NCBI GenBank assembly: GCA_038893355.1
Contig: JAWARQ010000006.1
Span: forward strand, 1 to 64,000
DNA length: 64,000 nucleotides
Source of the DNA: Sulfolobaceae archaeon
GTDB taxonomy: Archaea > Thermoproteota > Thermoprotei_A > Sulfolobales > Sulfolobaceae
Direction: 5' to 3'
Both the position numbers and the translations under genes were made by a program. This document shows positions 37,899-47,296 of this stretch, piece after piece. Positions within the stretch are counted from its first letter, which is position 1; every line of letters begins with the position of its first letter. The notes beneath the pieces were generated by a model. That model ran no database searches and was not told where the DNA came from. It worked only from the letters and a program-made list of their open reading frames with translations.

Positions 37899-38190
37899 GC
37901 TTCGAGAGTTCTTCTTTTAGAGCTTCTAACTCCTTCTTGAGGTAAGCTATCTCACTTTCATGAACATTTAATACTTTCTTTATTTCTTCAAAACTATCCT
38001 TATGGCTCTCCTTTAGTTTAATATTTCCTTCATTATCCACCTCTACAAATCCTAATCTTACTAATTCTCTAACATAACCTTTTACAGTCTTTGGAGAAAC
38101 TTTTATTTCTAAAGCTAGATCTTTTATGTTAATAGTACCCTTCTCTTTTAGTAAATTTATAATATCTTGTAATCGTGGTGTTAATTCCAT
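37876..38190 (-). CDS. Small winged-helix DNA-binding protein with C-terminal coiled coil
   Basis: IKDLALEIKVSPKTVKGYVRELVRLGFV wHTH; heptad IAYLKKELEALKEELSKL. Confidence 0.8.
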   Translation of the reverse strand: MELTPRLQDIINLLKEKGTINIKDLALEIKVSPKTVKGYVRELVRLGFVEVDNEGNIKLKESHKDSFEEIKKVLNVHESEIAYLKKELEALKEELSKLKKKGKV

Positions 38191-38249
38191 AGTTTAGAAC
38201 TATTATAAAATTCTTTTTAAGCAATTTGGCATATTTCTCAAAGATAATT

Positions 38250-39209
38250 ATGGCATTATTAATCAAGGAGGAAGACGTAGAAGAATTGTTAACATTCGAA
38301 GATGCTTATAAAGCATTAAAAGATGCTTTTGGATTATTAGAGCATAAACTAAGCATAAATACAAAGAGGATTAGGACACCTTTTGCAGGAACTATCCTAG
38401 CTTATCAAGCTGGGGGGATGCTAGAGTATCTAGGCTTTAAAACCTATATTCCTGGTAGTAATGTAATTGGTATTTTGTTTAATAAAGAGGGAGAGCTGCT
38501 TGCAATTTTTGAGGCAGATAGATTAACTAGAGTCAGAACGACAGCTTTAGCTGTTTTAGCTTCGGATTTTATAAAGAAGAATTATTCTAATGTCGCAGTG
38601 ATAGGATTAGGTAACCAAGGAATAGTTCAAGTCGAAGCATTTTATGAGTTAAAGAAATTAAAGGTTAAGGTATATACGAGAAGCAAGGAAAGGCTTGATA
38701 GAGCTCTAAAATTCTTTAGTAAGAGAGGCATAGATGTAGAAGTAAAAGATACGATAAAAGATGCATGTAAGGAATCTGAAGTAATCACTACAATAACTTC
38801 TTCTAAAGACCCATTTATAAAATCAGAATATTTGGATAAAGGTTCACATATTAATGCAATGGGTTCTGTAATTCCTGAAAGAGCTGAGATATTTCCTGAA
38901 GTTTTCAAAATGGCAAAATCAGTAGTTGTAGAGGATATAGAGCAAGCTAAGGAAGAGGCTGGTGATTTGATTTTAGCTTACAAAATGAAAATGCTTGAAT
39001 GGTCTAAATTAATCCCACTTTCTTCTATCATCTTAGATAAGATTAGACCTAGAGAAAGTCAAGATGATATTACTGTATTTAAATCTGTTGGGATAGGACT
39101 AGAAGATGTAGCAGTAATGATAAGTCTTTACGAGAAAGCTAAAAAGAGGGGAGTTGGTACTGAAATAGAGGTAAAAGGTAAATGGTTTCCAAAATTGGAA
39201 GAGAAATAG
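38250..39209 (+). CDS. Ornithine cyclodeaminase / mu-crystallin family protein
   Basis: LTRVRT, GLGNQG, HINAMGS, FKSVGIGLEDVA. Confidence 0.88.
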   Translation: MALLIKEEDVEELLTFEDAYKALKDAFGLLEHKLSINTKRIRTPFAGTILAYQAGGMLEYLGFKTYIPGSNVIGILFNKEGELLAIFEADRLTRVRTTALAVLASDFIKKNYSNVAVIGLGNQGIVQVEAFYELKKLKVKVYTRSKERLDRALKFFSKRGIDVEVKDTIKDACKESEVITTITSSKDPFIKSEYLDKGSHINAMGSVIPERAEIFPEVFKMAKSVVVEDIEQAKEEAGDLILAYKMKMLEWSKLIPLSSIILDKIRPRESQDDITVFKSVGIGLEDVAVMISLYEKAKKRGVGTEIEVKGKWFPKLEEK

Positions 39210-40321
39210 AGATTTCGCCAGTTGAATTAGCATCACAAATTGCAAAAAAGGTTGAAATAAATCTTGCCAGCGGGTCTCCTGACCCAAGGGTTATGCCTAT
39301 AAAAGAAATTAATGAGGCTTATAATGAAGTATTAAGTGAAATAGGTGCAAGAGCCTTATTTTACCCGGGTGCAGGTGGTCAAGAAGAACTAATAAAGGAA
39401 GTTGATAATTTCATTAAATTAATAGATATAAAAAGAAATTCGAATGATAAAATTGTTATAACTAGTGGGGCACAGCATGCAATAGAGTTAGTTAGTAAGT
39501 ATTTTCTGGAAAATGATGTGATAGCCGTAGAAAATCCCACATTTGTAGAGACATTTAATTCATTAAAGTTAAGGAGTAGTGTTGTATTACCTATCGATTT
39601 AGAAAATAATGGGCCAAATGTTAGTGAGTTAGAAATGTTACTAAAAATTGTTAAAATAAAACTAATTTACTTAATACCTAATTGTCATAATCCTGCAGGT
39701 ATAACAACTTGTGAGGAGAAAAGAAAGAGAATTGTTGAGTTAGCAGAAAAACATGATTTCTATATTTTAGAAGATGACCCTTATAGACCTATTGCAGGAG
39801 AATTACCTCCACCCATAAAGAACTTTGATAGAAGTGGTAGAGTTATATATGTAGGTAGCTTTAGTAAGATAATTGCGCCAGGCTTAAGGGTTGGGTTTAT
39901 TATCGCAAGAGATGATATTGCGGATAAAATATCCTTACTAGAGCAACTTGATTTCTCGACCTCAACTATAAATCAGTATGTAGTGGCTAGGTTATTAAGA
40001 AAGGGAATAGTAAGGGATAGAATGTCGGCTTTAAGCGTATACTATAAAGAGAAAATGAAGGTAATGAGGGATAGTTTAATCGATAATGGCCTAGATTCGT
40101 TCAATCCACCTTCATGTGGATTCTTCGTACTGTTAGACTTAAAGAAGGATAGTTGGAAGGTATTTAATGAAGCTGTAAAAAGAGGATTAAGTTTTGTTCC
40201 AGCAAAACCATTCTTTCTTAGAGGCGGTGAGACTATGGCGCGATTAAGTATAAGTGTTGCAACTAAAGATCAAATACAGAAAGGCATAAAGATACTTAAG
40301 GAGAGTATAAATTCTATCTAG
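39182..40321 (+). CDS. PLP-dependent aminotransferase (class I/II)
   Basis: TSGAQ, HNPAG, EDDPY, GSFSKIIAPGLRVG. Confidence 0.9.
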   Translation: MVSKIGREIEISPVELASQIAKKVEINLASGSPDPRVMPIKEINEAYNEVLSEIGARALFYPGAGGQEELIKEVDNFIKLIDIKRNSNDKIVITSGAQHAIELVSKYFLENDVIAVENPTFVETFNSLKLRSSVVLPIDLENNGPNVSELEMLLKIVKIKLIYLIPNCHNPAGITTCEEKRKRIVELAEKHDFYILEDDPYRPIAGELPPPIKNFDRSGRVIYVGSFSKIIAPGLRVGFIIARDDIADKISLLEQLDFSTSTINQYVVARLLRKGIVRDRMSALSVYYKEKMKVMRDSLIDNGLDSFNPPSCGFFVLLDLKKDSWKVFNEAVKRGLSFVPAKPFFLRGGETMARLSISVATKDQIQKGIKILKESINSI

Positions 40322-41376
40322 ACTATAATTATTTCATCTTGTTTTTTATTTAATACGATTCCTCTTCCATTTAATATTACCATATCCTCTAATCTAATTC
40401 CAAATCTCCCTGGAAAGTAAATCCCTGGCTCTACAGTAAAAACCATTCTATTCTCTAATTTCTCGTTATAGTCAGGGGATAGAAATGGTGGTTCATGAAC
40501 ATCAATACCTATACCATGGCCAGTTCTATGAATAAATTTATCTCCATAGCCTTTAGAGGTAATATAATCTCTTGCAACCTTATCAGCCTCAAAACCCTTA
40601 ATCCCTTCTACTAGATTATCTTCTACTAAATCTTTTGCATTCCTTACTATCTCAAATATTTTTAAAGCAAAAGCATCAGAAGGAGGCCCTAATGAAAGTG
40701 TTCTAGTTATGTCACTACAATAACCCTTATACTTCACTCCATAATCAATAATTATTATGTCGCCCTTGTGTATCTTTCTGTTAGTATTCCTTAAATGTGG
40801 AATACTAGTATTTTCTGCAGAAGTCGTTATCGGATCAAAAGAAGGCTCTATGCCTAATTCTATCATTATTTTTCTTAACTCGATAGACAATTGAATTTCT
40901 GTCATTCCTTCTTTTATTCTATTTATAAATTCCTCAAAAACATTTTCAGCAAGCTTTACTGCACTTTCTATCCTTAATATTTCTTCTTCGTCCTTGCGCA
41001 TCCTTAACTTTTTCATAGTGTCAGAAACAAGATCTATCGAAGATGGTTTTAACTTATGGATTAGTTTAATTAAGAATCTTGAATGTAATGTCTCATCTAC
41101 GAGTAATTTAAGACCAGTCTTAAGGTGTATTTTTTCATAAGGATCTTCACCATCAAGGTAGGTGATTATGGGTAATCTTAATTGTGAGAGTTGCTCTTCA
41201 TACATCTTTGGTGCTAGTATAAATTCTTCATCTTTAGTTACAAATAATAGTATTGGCCTTTCCATAACTTCTTCCGTGAAGTCGATTAGGTATAGCATAT
41301 TACTGCCAGGCTGAATTACTACAATTTCATCTTCTCTAATTAAGTTCCTGAGTTTAGCAATATTATTTTTAGCCAT
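40318..41376 (-). CDS. Xaa-Pro peptidase (M24 family)
   Basis: SDITRT, HRTGHGIGIDVHE, TVEPGIY, GIRLED. Confidence 0.92.
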   Translation of the reverse strand: MAKNNIAKLRNLIREDEIVVIQPGSNMLYLIDFTEEVMERPILLFVTKDEEFILAPKMYEEQLSQLRLPIITYLDGEDPYEKIHLKTGLKLLVDETLHSRFLIKLIHKLKPSSIDLVSDTMKKLRMRKDEEEILRIESAVKLAENVFEEFINRIKEGMTEIQLSIELRKIMIELGIEPSFDPITTSAENTSIPHLRNTNRKIHKGDIIIIDYGVKYKGYCSDITRTLSLGPPSDAFALKIFEIVRNAKDLVEDNLVEGIKGFEADKVARDYITSKGYGDKFIHRTGHGIGIDVHEPPFLSPDYNEKLENRMVFTVEPGIYFPGRFGIRLEDMVILNGRGIVLNKKQDEIIIV

Positions 41377-41393
41377 GAATTATAATTTATCAT

Positions 41394-42377
41394 ATGGTTC
41401 CAATTATATTTTCTGATATTTATCTTTATCATAAACCGAGAGTAAATCATGTTGAAAATCCTACAAGATTAGTTAGAATTATTAAGAGTTTAGAACTTAA
41501 AGAAATTATTAAACCCAGTAAAGTAACGCTTAAGGATGTAGAGATAATACATGATAAGGAATACATAGAGCTGGTTGAAGCATCTTCAAGATACGAAGAA
41601 TGGCTAGATGATGACACCTATACTAATTCTTTCACGATAGAATCTGCACTTTACGCTTTAGGTGGAACGCTCAAGGCTATGGAATTAAATGGATTTGCAA
41701 TAGTAAGACCACCTGGTCATCATGCAGGGAAGAGTGGTAGAGCCCTTGGCGCTCCAACATTAGGTTTTTGTATATTTAATAATGTGGCTTTTGGTATTAA
41801 GAAATCTAGCGCTAAAAGAGCTGTAATAATAGACTTTGATGTTCATTACGGAAATGGAACGCAAGAGATATTTTGGGACGATCCAAATGTAGTTCATATT
41901 GATATTCATCAAGATCCTATGACACTTTACCCTGGAACTGGTTTTCCAGAAATGATTGGGGGTGAAGGTGCTGAGGGTACGAAGATTAATCTTATATTAC
42001 CACCTTTAAGTTCTGATGACGTCTACCTAGAACTAATTCCTATAATCCAAGAAATTATAGATGACTTTAAGCCAGATATAATTGCGTACTCTGCAGGATT
42101 TGATGCATTTGAAGGTGATGGACTAGCAGATATTATGGCAACAGAAGCTACTTATTATCATTTAGGTTTAATCTCTAAAGGTTATAAAAGATTTGCAGTG
42201 TTAGAGGGTGGTTACAGTAGTGGGTTAGAAAGAGGAGTAAGGGCATTTATTGATGGTCTTGATGGTCTTGATAAGGATTATAAACCTAAAAGTACTAAGG
42301 AAAGTGTAAAATCCATATTTAGAGAATATCTTAAAACCGAAAAGGATATCCTTAAAAAGTATTGGAAGATCACATAA
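41394..42377 (+). CDS. Histone deacetylase / acetoin-utilisation family deacetylase
   Basis: RPPGHHA, GFCIFNN, DFDVHYGNGTQ, SAGFD, LEGGY. Confidence 0.92.
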   Translation: MVPIIFSDIYLYHKPRVNHVENPTRLVRIIKSLELKEIIKPSKVTLKDVEIIHDKEYIELVEASSRYEEWLDDDTYTNSFTIESALYALGGTLKAMELNGFAIVRPPGHHAGKSGRALGAPTLGFCIFNNVAFGIKKSSAKRAVIIDFDVHYGNGTQEIFWDDPNVVHIDIHQDPMTLYPGTGFPEMIGGEGAEGTKINLILPPLSSDDVYLELIPIIQEIIDDFKPDIIAYSAGFDAFEGDGLADIMATEATYYHLGLISKGYKRFAVLEGGYSSGLERGVRAFIDGLDGLDKDYKPKSTKESVKSIFREYLKTEKDILKKYWKIT

Positions 42378-42380
42378 TAG

Positions 42381-43238
42381 TTAGCAGGTATAATAACATT
42401 TTAGTGCAATATTGACAGAAGCGTTATAATCTCTATCAGCCTTCATTCCGCATGATGGACAATAGAAGATTGAACCATAAACCTCACCATTCTTATAACC
42501 ACAGTTTGAGCATATTTTAGAAGTAGCATATGCTTCAATTCTTTTATACTTTATACCGCGGTAATATAGGCCCTTCTCTACTAAATTTTGAATAGACTTA
42601 AGTACCATTCCCCTTCTACCCTCAAATTCAGTTAGATCCTCTACTGCTACTATCTTAGGATATAAACTTTCTATATAATTAATCACATCCTCAGCTATTT
42701 TTTGAATATATTTCCTTATTTTTTCTAGTTCTATAAAGGATTGTGGAGTTCCTATAAATTTTGTTATATCTTCCGTAATTTCCTCTCCACTCCAAAATCT
42801 ATACTTCCATACCTTTAAACCCTTTAATGCAACTACACTTACTATATTCCTTATTCCAAAATCAATTCCAACAACGCTTTTCTCCCTCTCATATGCTAAC
42901 AATACTTTTGTCCCCCTCTTTTTATCTATCTCGATAATTGCATATTTTGGTATTCCAACTCTATTTGATTTTACTAATATATTTAATCTCTTTAACATAT
43001 AAGGGTTATTTCCTTGAATATCAATTGGACCTATCTTTACCTTATCCTCCTCAATGACTACTGGATACCCTTCTATATATGGGGGCCCTATTCCTCTTAC
43101 TTTTTCATTTAATTTTTTAAGTGTGCTAATATAGTTTAGGTAATATAAGATATCATTCTGAATCTTATCTAGCTTACCCTTTGAAATTATTACTGACTCA
43201 TATAATTCATCTTCCATAACTGAAATCTCTTTGCTCAT
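42381..43238 (-). CDS. Compact TnpB-like RuvC/zinc-ribbon nuclease, non-mobile context
   Basis: RuvC-I VVGID(126)FG, RuvC-II VAVE(200)DL, TSKICSNC..CPSC zinc ribbon, RuvC-III DRD(270)YNASVNIA. Confidence 0.85.
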   Translation of the reverse strand: MSKEISVMEDELYESVIISKGKLDKIQNDILYYLNYISTLKKLNEKVRGIGPPYIEGYPVVIEEDKVKIGPIDIQGNNPYMLKRLNILVKSNRVGIPKYAIIEIDKKRGTKVLLAYEREKSVVGIDFGIRNIVSVVALKGLKVWKYRFWSGEEITEDITKFIGTPQSFIELEKIRKYIQKIAEDVINYIESLYPKIVAVEDLTEFEGRRGMVLKSIQNLVEKGLYYRGIKYKRIEAYATSKICSNCGYKNGEVYGSIFYCPSCGMKADRDYNASVNIALKCYYTC

Positions 43239-43939
43239 AAAGATAAAATTTCTCCTAATTCTAAACTTCTGGCTTCAATACCCAAGTAATACTTTAAGGT
43301 GGAAGAGAATACATATCCATTAACTTCATAGATTTTATAATACTCTTCTATATCCCTTATTCTAAATTTATTATAATAGTGTGCGAAGTAGAGGTTCGGC
43401 TCATCATCCCAGAATACAAGAAGAGAGGAGTTTAAGCTAGTTGAGTATGGGCCTAGCCTATTGATTACTTGCTTATAACTTTCTAATACGTCAAAAGTAT
43501 TAAGTAAGTCGATGATCTCCATAAACACTAAGTAACTATCAGTCCTTTGGAGTTCTTTATATTTAAATACATCCCTTTTCACAGAGCCATTATGGGCAAA
43601 AAATAATTCCTTATCCTTTAAACTATAATAGTAAGGGTGATTATGTAATACACCCAATAAAAATTCTTTACTAGCCCTCCTAGCATGTATAATTCCAACT
43701 ACTTCATCACCCTTAATTATGTCAAGGATCTCTACAAGACTTTCATCTTGATAAATGGGCAATGTGGATTTATGGTAAAGTATCCTCCATTTAGACCCTT
43801 TTTTAATGTAACAAACAATACCCCAACCATGTGGATGCATTCCGTATCTAGAATAGATATCATTCTCTGCAGACTTTACCAGAGCACTAACAAAACTTCT
43901 ATTAATTTCCTTACTCCTAAATGCAAGCAATCTACACAT
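43235..43939 (-). CDS. Class II (Ntn) glutamine amidotransferase, YafJ/EgtC-like
   Basis: N-terminal MCR, HPHGWG, HARRAS, HPY, AHNG, TDS. Confidence 0.88.
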   Translation of the reverse strand: MCRLLAFRSKEINRSFVSALVKSAENDIYSRYGMHPHGWGIVCYIKKGSKWRILYHKSTLPIYQDESLVEILDIIKGDEVVGIIHARRASKEFLLGVLHNHPYYYSLKDKELFFAHNGSVKRDVFKYKELQRTDSYLVFMEIIDLLNTFDVLESYKQVINRLGPYSTSLNSSLLVFWDDEPNLYFAHYYNKFRIRDIEEYYKIYEVNGYVFSSTLKYYLGIEARSLELGEILSL

Positions 43940-44630
43940 TTATAACTAATCCATCTTCAGCTATCAAAAATTTATTTCTTGCACCTTCAATAATATCTTT
44001 CTCTATCTGAGAGGGAATATGTGTAAGTATAACTCTCTTTTCTGAAAATAACGAGATTAAATCCCTCAATGAAGAATGTCCCCATTTTCTACAATTATCT
44101 AGACAGCTACACTCATGAATAATTAGATCAGCATCTTTAGCTTCTTTTATAATTTCCTCACAGGGTTCTGAAGTATCCCCAGAATATAATATTTTTCTAT
44201 TCTTATCTAAAATTATGTATGATACTGCATAAATACTATGACATGATGGTATAGAATAAATATACAAATCATCCAGTTTAAGCTTTGGTAAATTATCTTC
44301 ATAAATTATTGCCTCTACATTATTTCCTGCTCTAATATACGATTCTAAAATCTTAGAAAAGCCTACTGGAGAATGTACTTTAATTACCGGTAAATTGGAA
44401 AGTTTTCTTTGAACTAGATGATCGAAAATTCCATTAAAGTGATCAATATGAAGATGTGTTATCATTATCGCTTCGAAGTTGTAGAGATTATAATCATCAA
44501 TTCTCATATTTGCACCTGTTCCTAAATCTAATATTACTGAATTATTACCAGAATTGATATAAATAGATGATTTAAACCTCTTAGTCCCCTTTGTAGATCC
44601 TGCACCAGTTCCCAGAAATATAATCTTCAT
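43932..44630 (-). CDS. MBL-fold metallohydrolase, RNase Z/BN-like
   Basis: IFLGTG, THLHIDH, H, YSGDT, HEC, GHS, LTH motifs. Confidence 0.85.
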   Translation of the reverse strand: MKIIFLGTGAGSTKGTKRFKSSIYINSGNNSVILDLGTGANMRIDDYNLYNFEAIMITHLHIDHFNGIFDHLVQRKLSNLPVIKVHSPVGFSKILESYIRAGNNVEAIIYEDNLPKLKLDDLYIYSIPSCHSIYAVSYIILDKNRKILYSGDTSEPCEEIIKEAKDADLIIHECSCLDNCRKWGHSSLRDLISLFSEKRVILTHIPSQIEKDIIEGARNKFLIAEDGLVINV

Positions 44631-44679
44631 ATTCTCGGTCAAATTTACTTACGAGATTTAAAAAATTCCGTATTTACTT

Positions 44680-45720
44680 CTACTTATCCTTTAACTTTAA
44701 TCTCTTAATTAGCTTTTCAAATTTTTCAAAACCTATATCTATAGTTTCATCTCTTAGTCCTAGAGCCTTTCGTTCTATAGGCTTTCTCTCTTTTGCTCTA
44801 TATAGTATACTAGCTATATCCCATCTTGTATAATGACCTAATGAGTCGAAATAAGCCTTTACTGCAAGAATTTCGTCAGTACTAATTTCAGCTACGATTA
44901 TTTTCTCTTCATTAATCTGCGGTTTAACTATATATAATCCTGCTGGATTAACTACCGAACTTCCTCCTGCTGCAATATCGAATTGATACTCTGCAATAAG
45001 GTCTGAAGGCATATACATATTAGCACTAACTACGAACGCCTGAGCTTCGAAAGCATATTCCCTGATTGCACTATCAATATCGCATTTACTTATTTCATCC
45101 TTAGATGGGTCGAATCTTCTTTTGGCGCCAGGATGACCTTCTTGAACCCAATAACCGGGCCATACTGCAATATGAATCTCTTCTCCCATAGATTGCAAAA
45201 CTGCTTTAATTATGTTCATGTGATTTTCGTAGCATACTAATCCTCCTACCCTTATTCCACTGAGACTGCTAATTCTTAAAGTGGTTCCATCACCCATCTT
45301 CCATATCATTCTTTCTCCATGTGTTGGCATTACTTTTCTATGAACATTAGTTATTTTACCTTTTTCATTTATAAAAACTAAAGAATTATATAAACTTCTA
45401 CTGCCCTCTCTAGGATCCTTTTCAGAAATTCCTAAAACTATACTTATTTCCCTTTCTCTAGATATATCTTTAATGCTTTCTAGATCAGTTTTAACATTTA
45501 CCGAATTCTTGTAGTATTCAACCATCATTTCAGTCCATTTACTTATTGGCAAAATTCCCCTCCAATATGGATAGCCAGGAATAAATGCCTCTGGAAACAC
45601 TATTAGCTTAGCACCTTGTTTTGCAGCATCTTCTATTGCCTTACATGCTCTATTTATAGTTCCTTCTTTGTTCATATAATCTGGAGCTATTTGCGCTATA
45701 GCTACTTTTATTATACTCAT
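44680..45720 (-). CDS. Nitrilase (carbon-nitrogen hydrolase)
   Basis: Catalytic E (FPEAF), K (HRKVMPT..ER), C (VCYEN); D..GHYTR. Confidence 0.88.
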   Translation of the reverse strand: MSIIKVAIAQIAPDYMNKEGTINRACKAIEDAAKQGAKLIVFPEAFIPGYPYWRGILPISKWTEMMVEYYKNSVNVKTDLESIKDISREREISIVLGISEKDPREGSRSLYNSLVFINEKGKITNVHRKVMPTHGERMIWKMGDGTTLRISSLSGIRVGGLVCYENHMNIIKAVLQSMGEEIHIAVWPGYWVQEGHPGAKRRFDPSKDEISKCDIDSAIREYAFEAQAFVVSANMYMPSDLIAEYQFDIAAGGSSVVNPAGLYIVKPQINEEKIIVAEISTDEILAVKAYFDSLGHYTRWDIASILYRAKERKPIERKALGLRDETIDIGFEKFEKLIKRLKLKDK

Positions 45721-45871
45721 AAATAATAAATTGTCATAATAATTTTTAAGGCTTTTCTTTATATTAGAATTTTTAATATGACTTAAAATAATAAATTATT
45801 TAATTATAGAAACTAAAAATATACTAAGAACTAAGATAAGAGTGAAGTACAGCCATTAAGTTTTTACCGTG

Positions 45872-46012
45872 GCGTAACTTACTTACTTTTAATTACTTCT
45901 AATTTTGCCACTGTCACCTATATAATAAACATGTCCATGATAAAAATACTAATTAGAAGTGATTAAAAAATAGTTAAAAGTTACGCAGAAATATTACAGT
46001 CTCTACTGTAAT
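45872..46012. repeat. Long imperfect inverted repeat plus 8-bp perfect hairpin in intergenic region
   Basis: GCGTAACTT..TTTTAATTACTTCTAATT (45872-45904) versus AATTAGAAGTGATTAAAA..AAGTTACGC (45951-45986); ATTACAGT-ctct-ACTGTAAT (45993-46012). Confidence 0.7.
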
Positions 46013-46129
46013 TAGACTAATTGCTAGCAGTCCTACTAAGCTGTGAGCTTATATACTTTACGATACTCAAAATCATGGTAGCTTGTCTTCAGAAAATGAT
46101 TTATAATATAAATAATTCATTAAAAACAG

Positions 46130-47296
46130 ATGCTAGATATTATCATTATCTCATTCGGTATTATTGCCTCGTCATGGAGTATATATAATTCAGTATTGGG
46201 AATTATAGGTGTTTTATGGAGGAAAAATTATGAAGAAAAGGAATTTAGTAGTGTTACTTTTTCTCTAATAATTCCCGCAAAGAATGAGGAGAAAGTCTTA
46301 CCTAGATTACTGGATAGACTAGTTAATCAAGAGTATGATAAATCTAAATTGGAAATTATAGTAGTAGAAGATGGTTCTACAGATTCAACTCTTGAAATTT
46401 GTGAAAAGTATCGCAATAGGTACGATTTTATTAAATGTATTCACCTAGAGCCTGCAACGGTACCTAATGGTAAAAGTAGAGCATTAAACTACGCTTTAAA
46501 AATCTCAAGAGGTGATATTATAGGAATATTTGATGCGGATACAGTTCCTAAACTGGATGATTTGGCTTATGTTGCGTCTAAATTTAAAGATGAAAGAGTT
46601 GCTGCGGTACAAGGTATGTTGTTACCAATTAATGTTAGAGAAAGTATTATTAGTAGGTTTGCTTCGATTGAGGAATTAATTTATGAATATTCAATTGCAG
46701 GTAGGGCTAGGTTAGGTTTTTTTATTCCTTTAGAGGGTACTCTAACTTTCATAAGAAAAGATGTGATAGAGAAATTGGGCGGCTTTAATGAATACTCACT
46801 TACTGAAGATTTAGATCTTAGCTTAAAATTAATTGCAAATGGTTATAAGATAGTATATTTACCCTCTGCAGTAGCCTGGAGAGAAGTCCCCATTAGCCTT
46901 AGATCTCTAATAAAGCAAAGGCTTAGATGGTATAGAGGTCATTTAGAGGTAAGAATAGGTAAAGTGAGATTAGATTGGAGAATAATTGATGGTGTATTAA
47001 TTTTAGCCACGCCAATATTTATAGTTATGAATGTTGTGAATTATTCTATTGCAATATTTTTCCCTAATTTCATAGTTATTGTTGCAGCGTTAATATCTGG
47101 AGTAGCGAGTATAATCTCCTTAGGCCTAGTTATTATAATTTCTAGACTTCATATGATTGAATTTTTCTATTCTTTCCTAACCTTCTTTTATTTCAATTTA
47201 GTCTTAGGGTTAAATATGACTGCAATCTTTATGGAAATTATAAAGTATCCAAGGTTCTGGATAAAAACTGAAAGAAGTGGAGGGATAACTATTTGA
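46130..47296 (+). CDS. Membrane-bound processive-type GT2 glycosyltransferase
   Basis: IPAKNE, EDGS, FDAD, TED, QRLRW motifs with flanking TM helices. Confidence 0.88.
   Translation: MLDIIIISFGIIASSWSIYNSVLGIIGVLWRKNYEEKEFSSVTFSLIIPAKNEEKVLPRLLDRLVNQEYDKSKLEIIVVEDGSTDSTLEICEKYRNRYDFIKCIHLEPATVPNGKSRALNYALKISRGDIIGIFDADTVPKLDDLAYVASKFKDERVAAVQGMLLPINVRESIISRFASIEELIYEYSIAGRARLGFFIPLEGTLTFIRKDVIEKLGGFNEYSLTEDLDLSLKLIANGYKIVYLPSAVAWREVPISLRSLIKQRLRWYRGHLEVRIGKVRLDWRIIDGVLILATPIFIVMNVVNYSIAIFFPNFIVIVAALISGVASIISLGLVIIISRLHMIEFFYSFLTFFYFNLVLGLNMTAIFMEIIKYPRFWIKTERSGGITI

Noticed and set aside
42252-42272. Short tandem repeat GATGGTCTT in the deacetylase gene (similarly AAAGGAATT in rpoA2)
   Set aside because: Two-unit in-frame codon repeats (DGLDGLD, KGIKGIK); no evidence of a functional array.
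42381-43238. Interpretation as an active IS200/IS605 or IS607 element, or a Cas12f CRISPR effector
   Set aside because: No tnpA, no room for element ends, no CRISPR repeats nearby, and the gene is embedded in a coupled operon.
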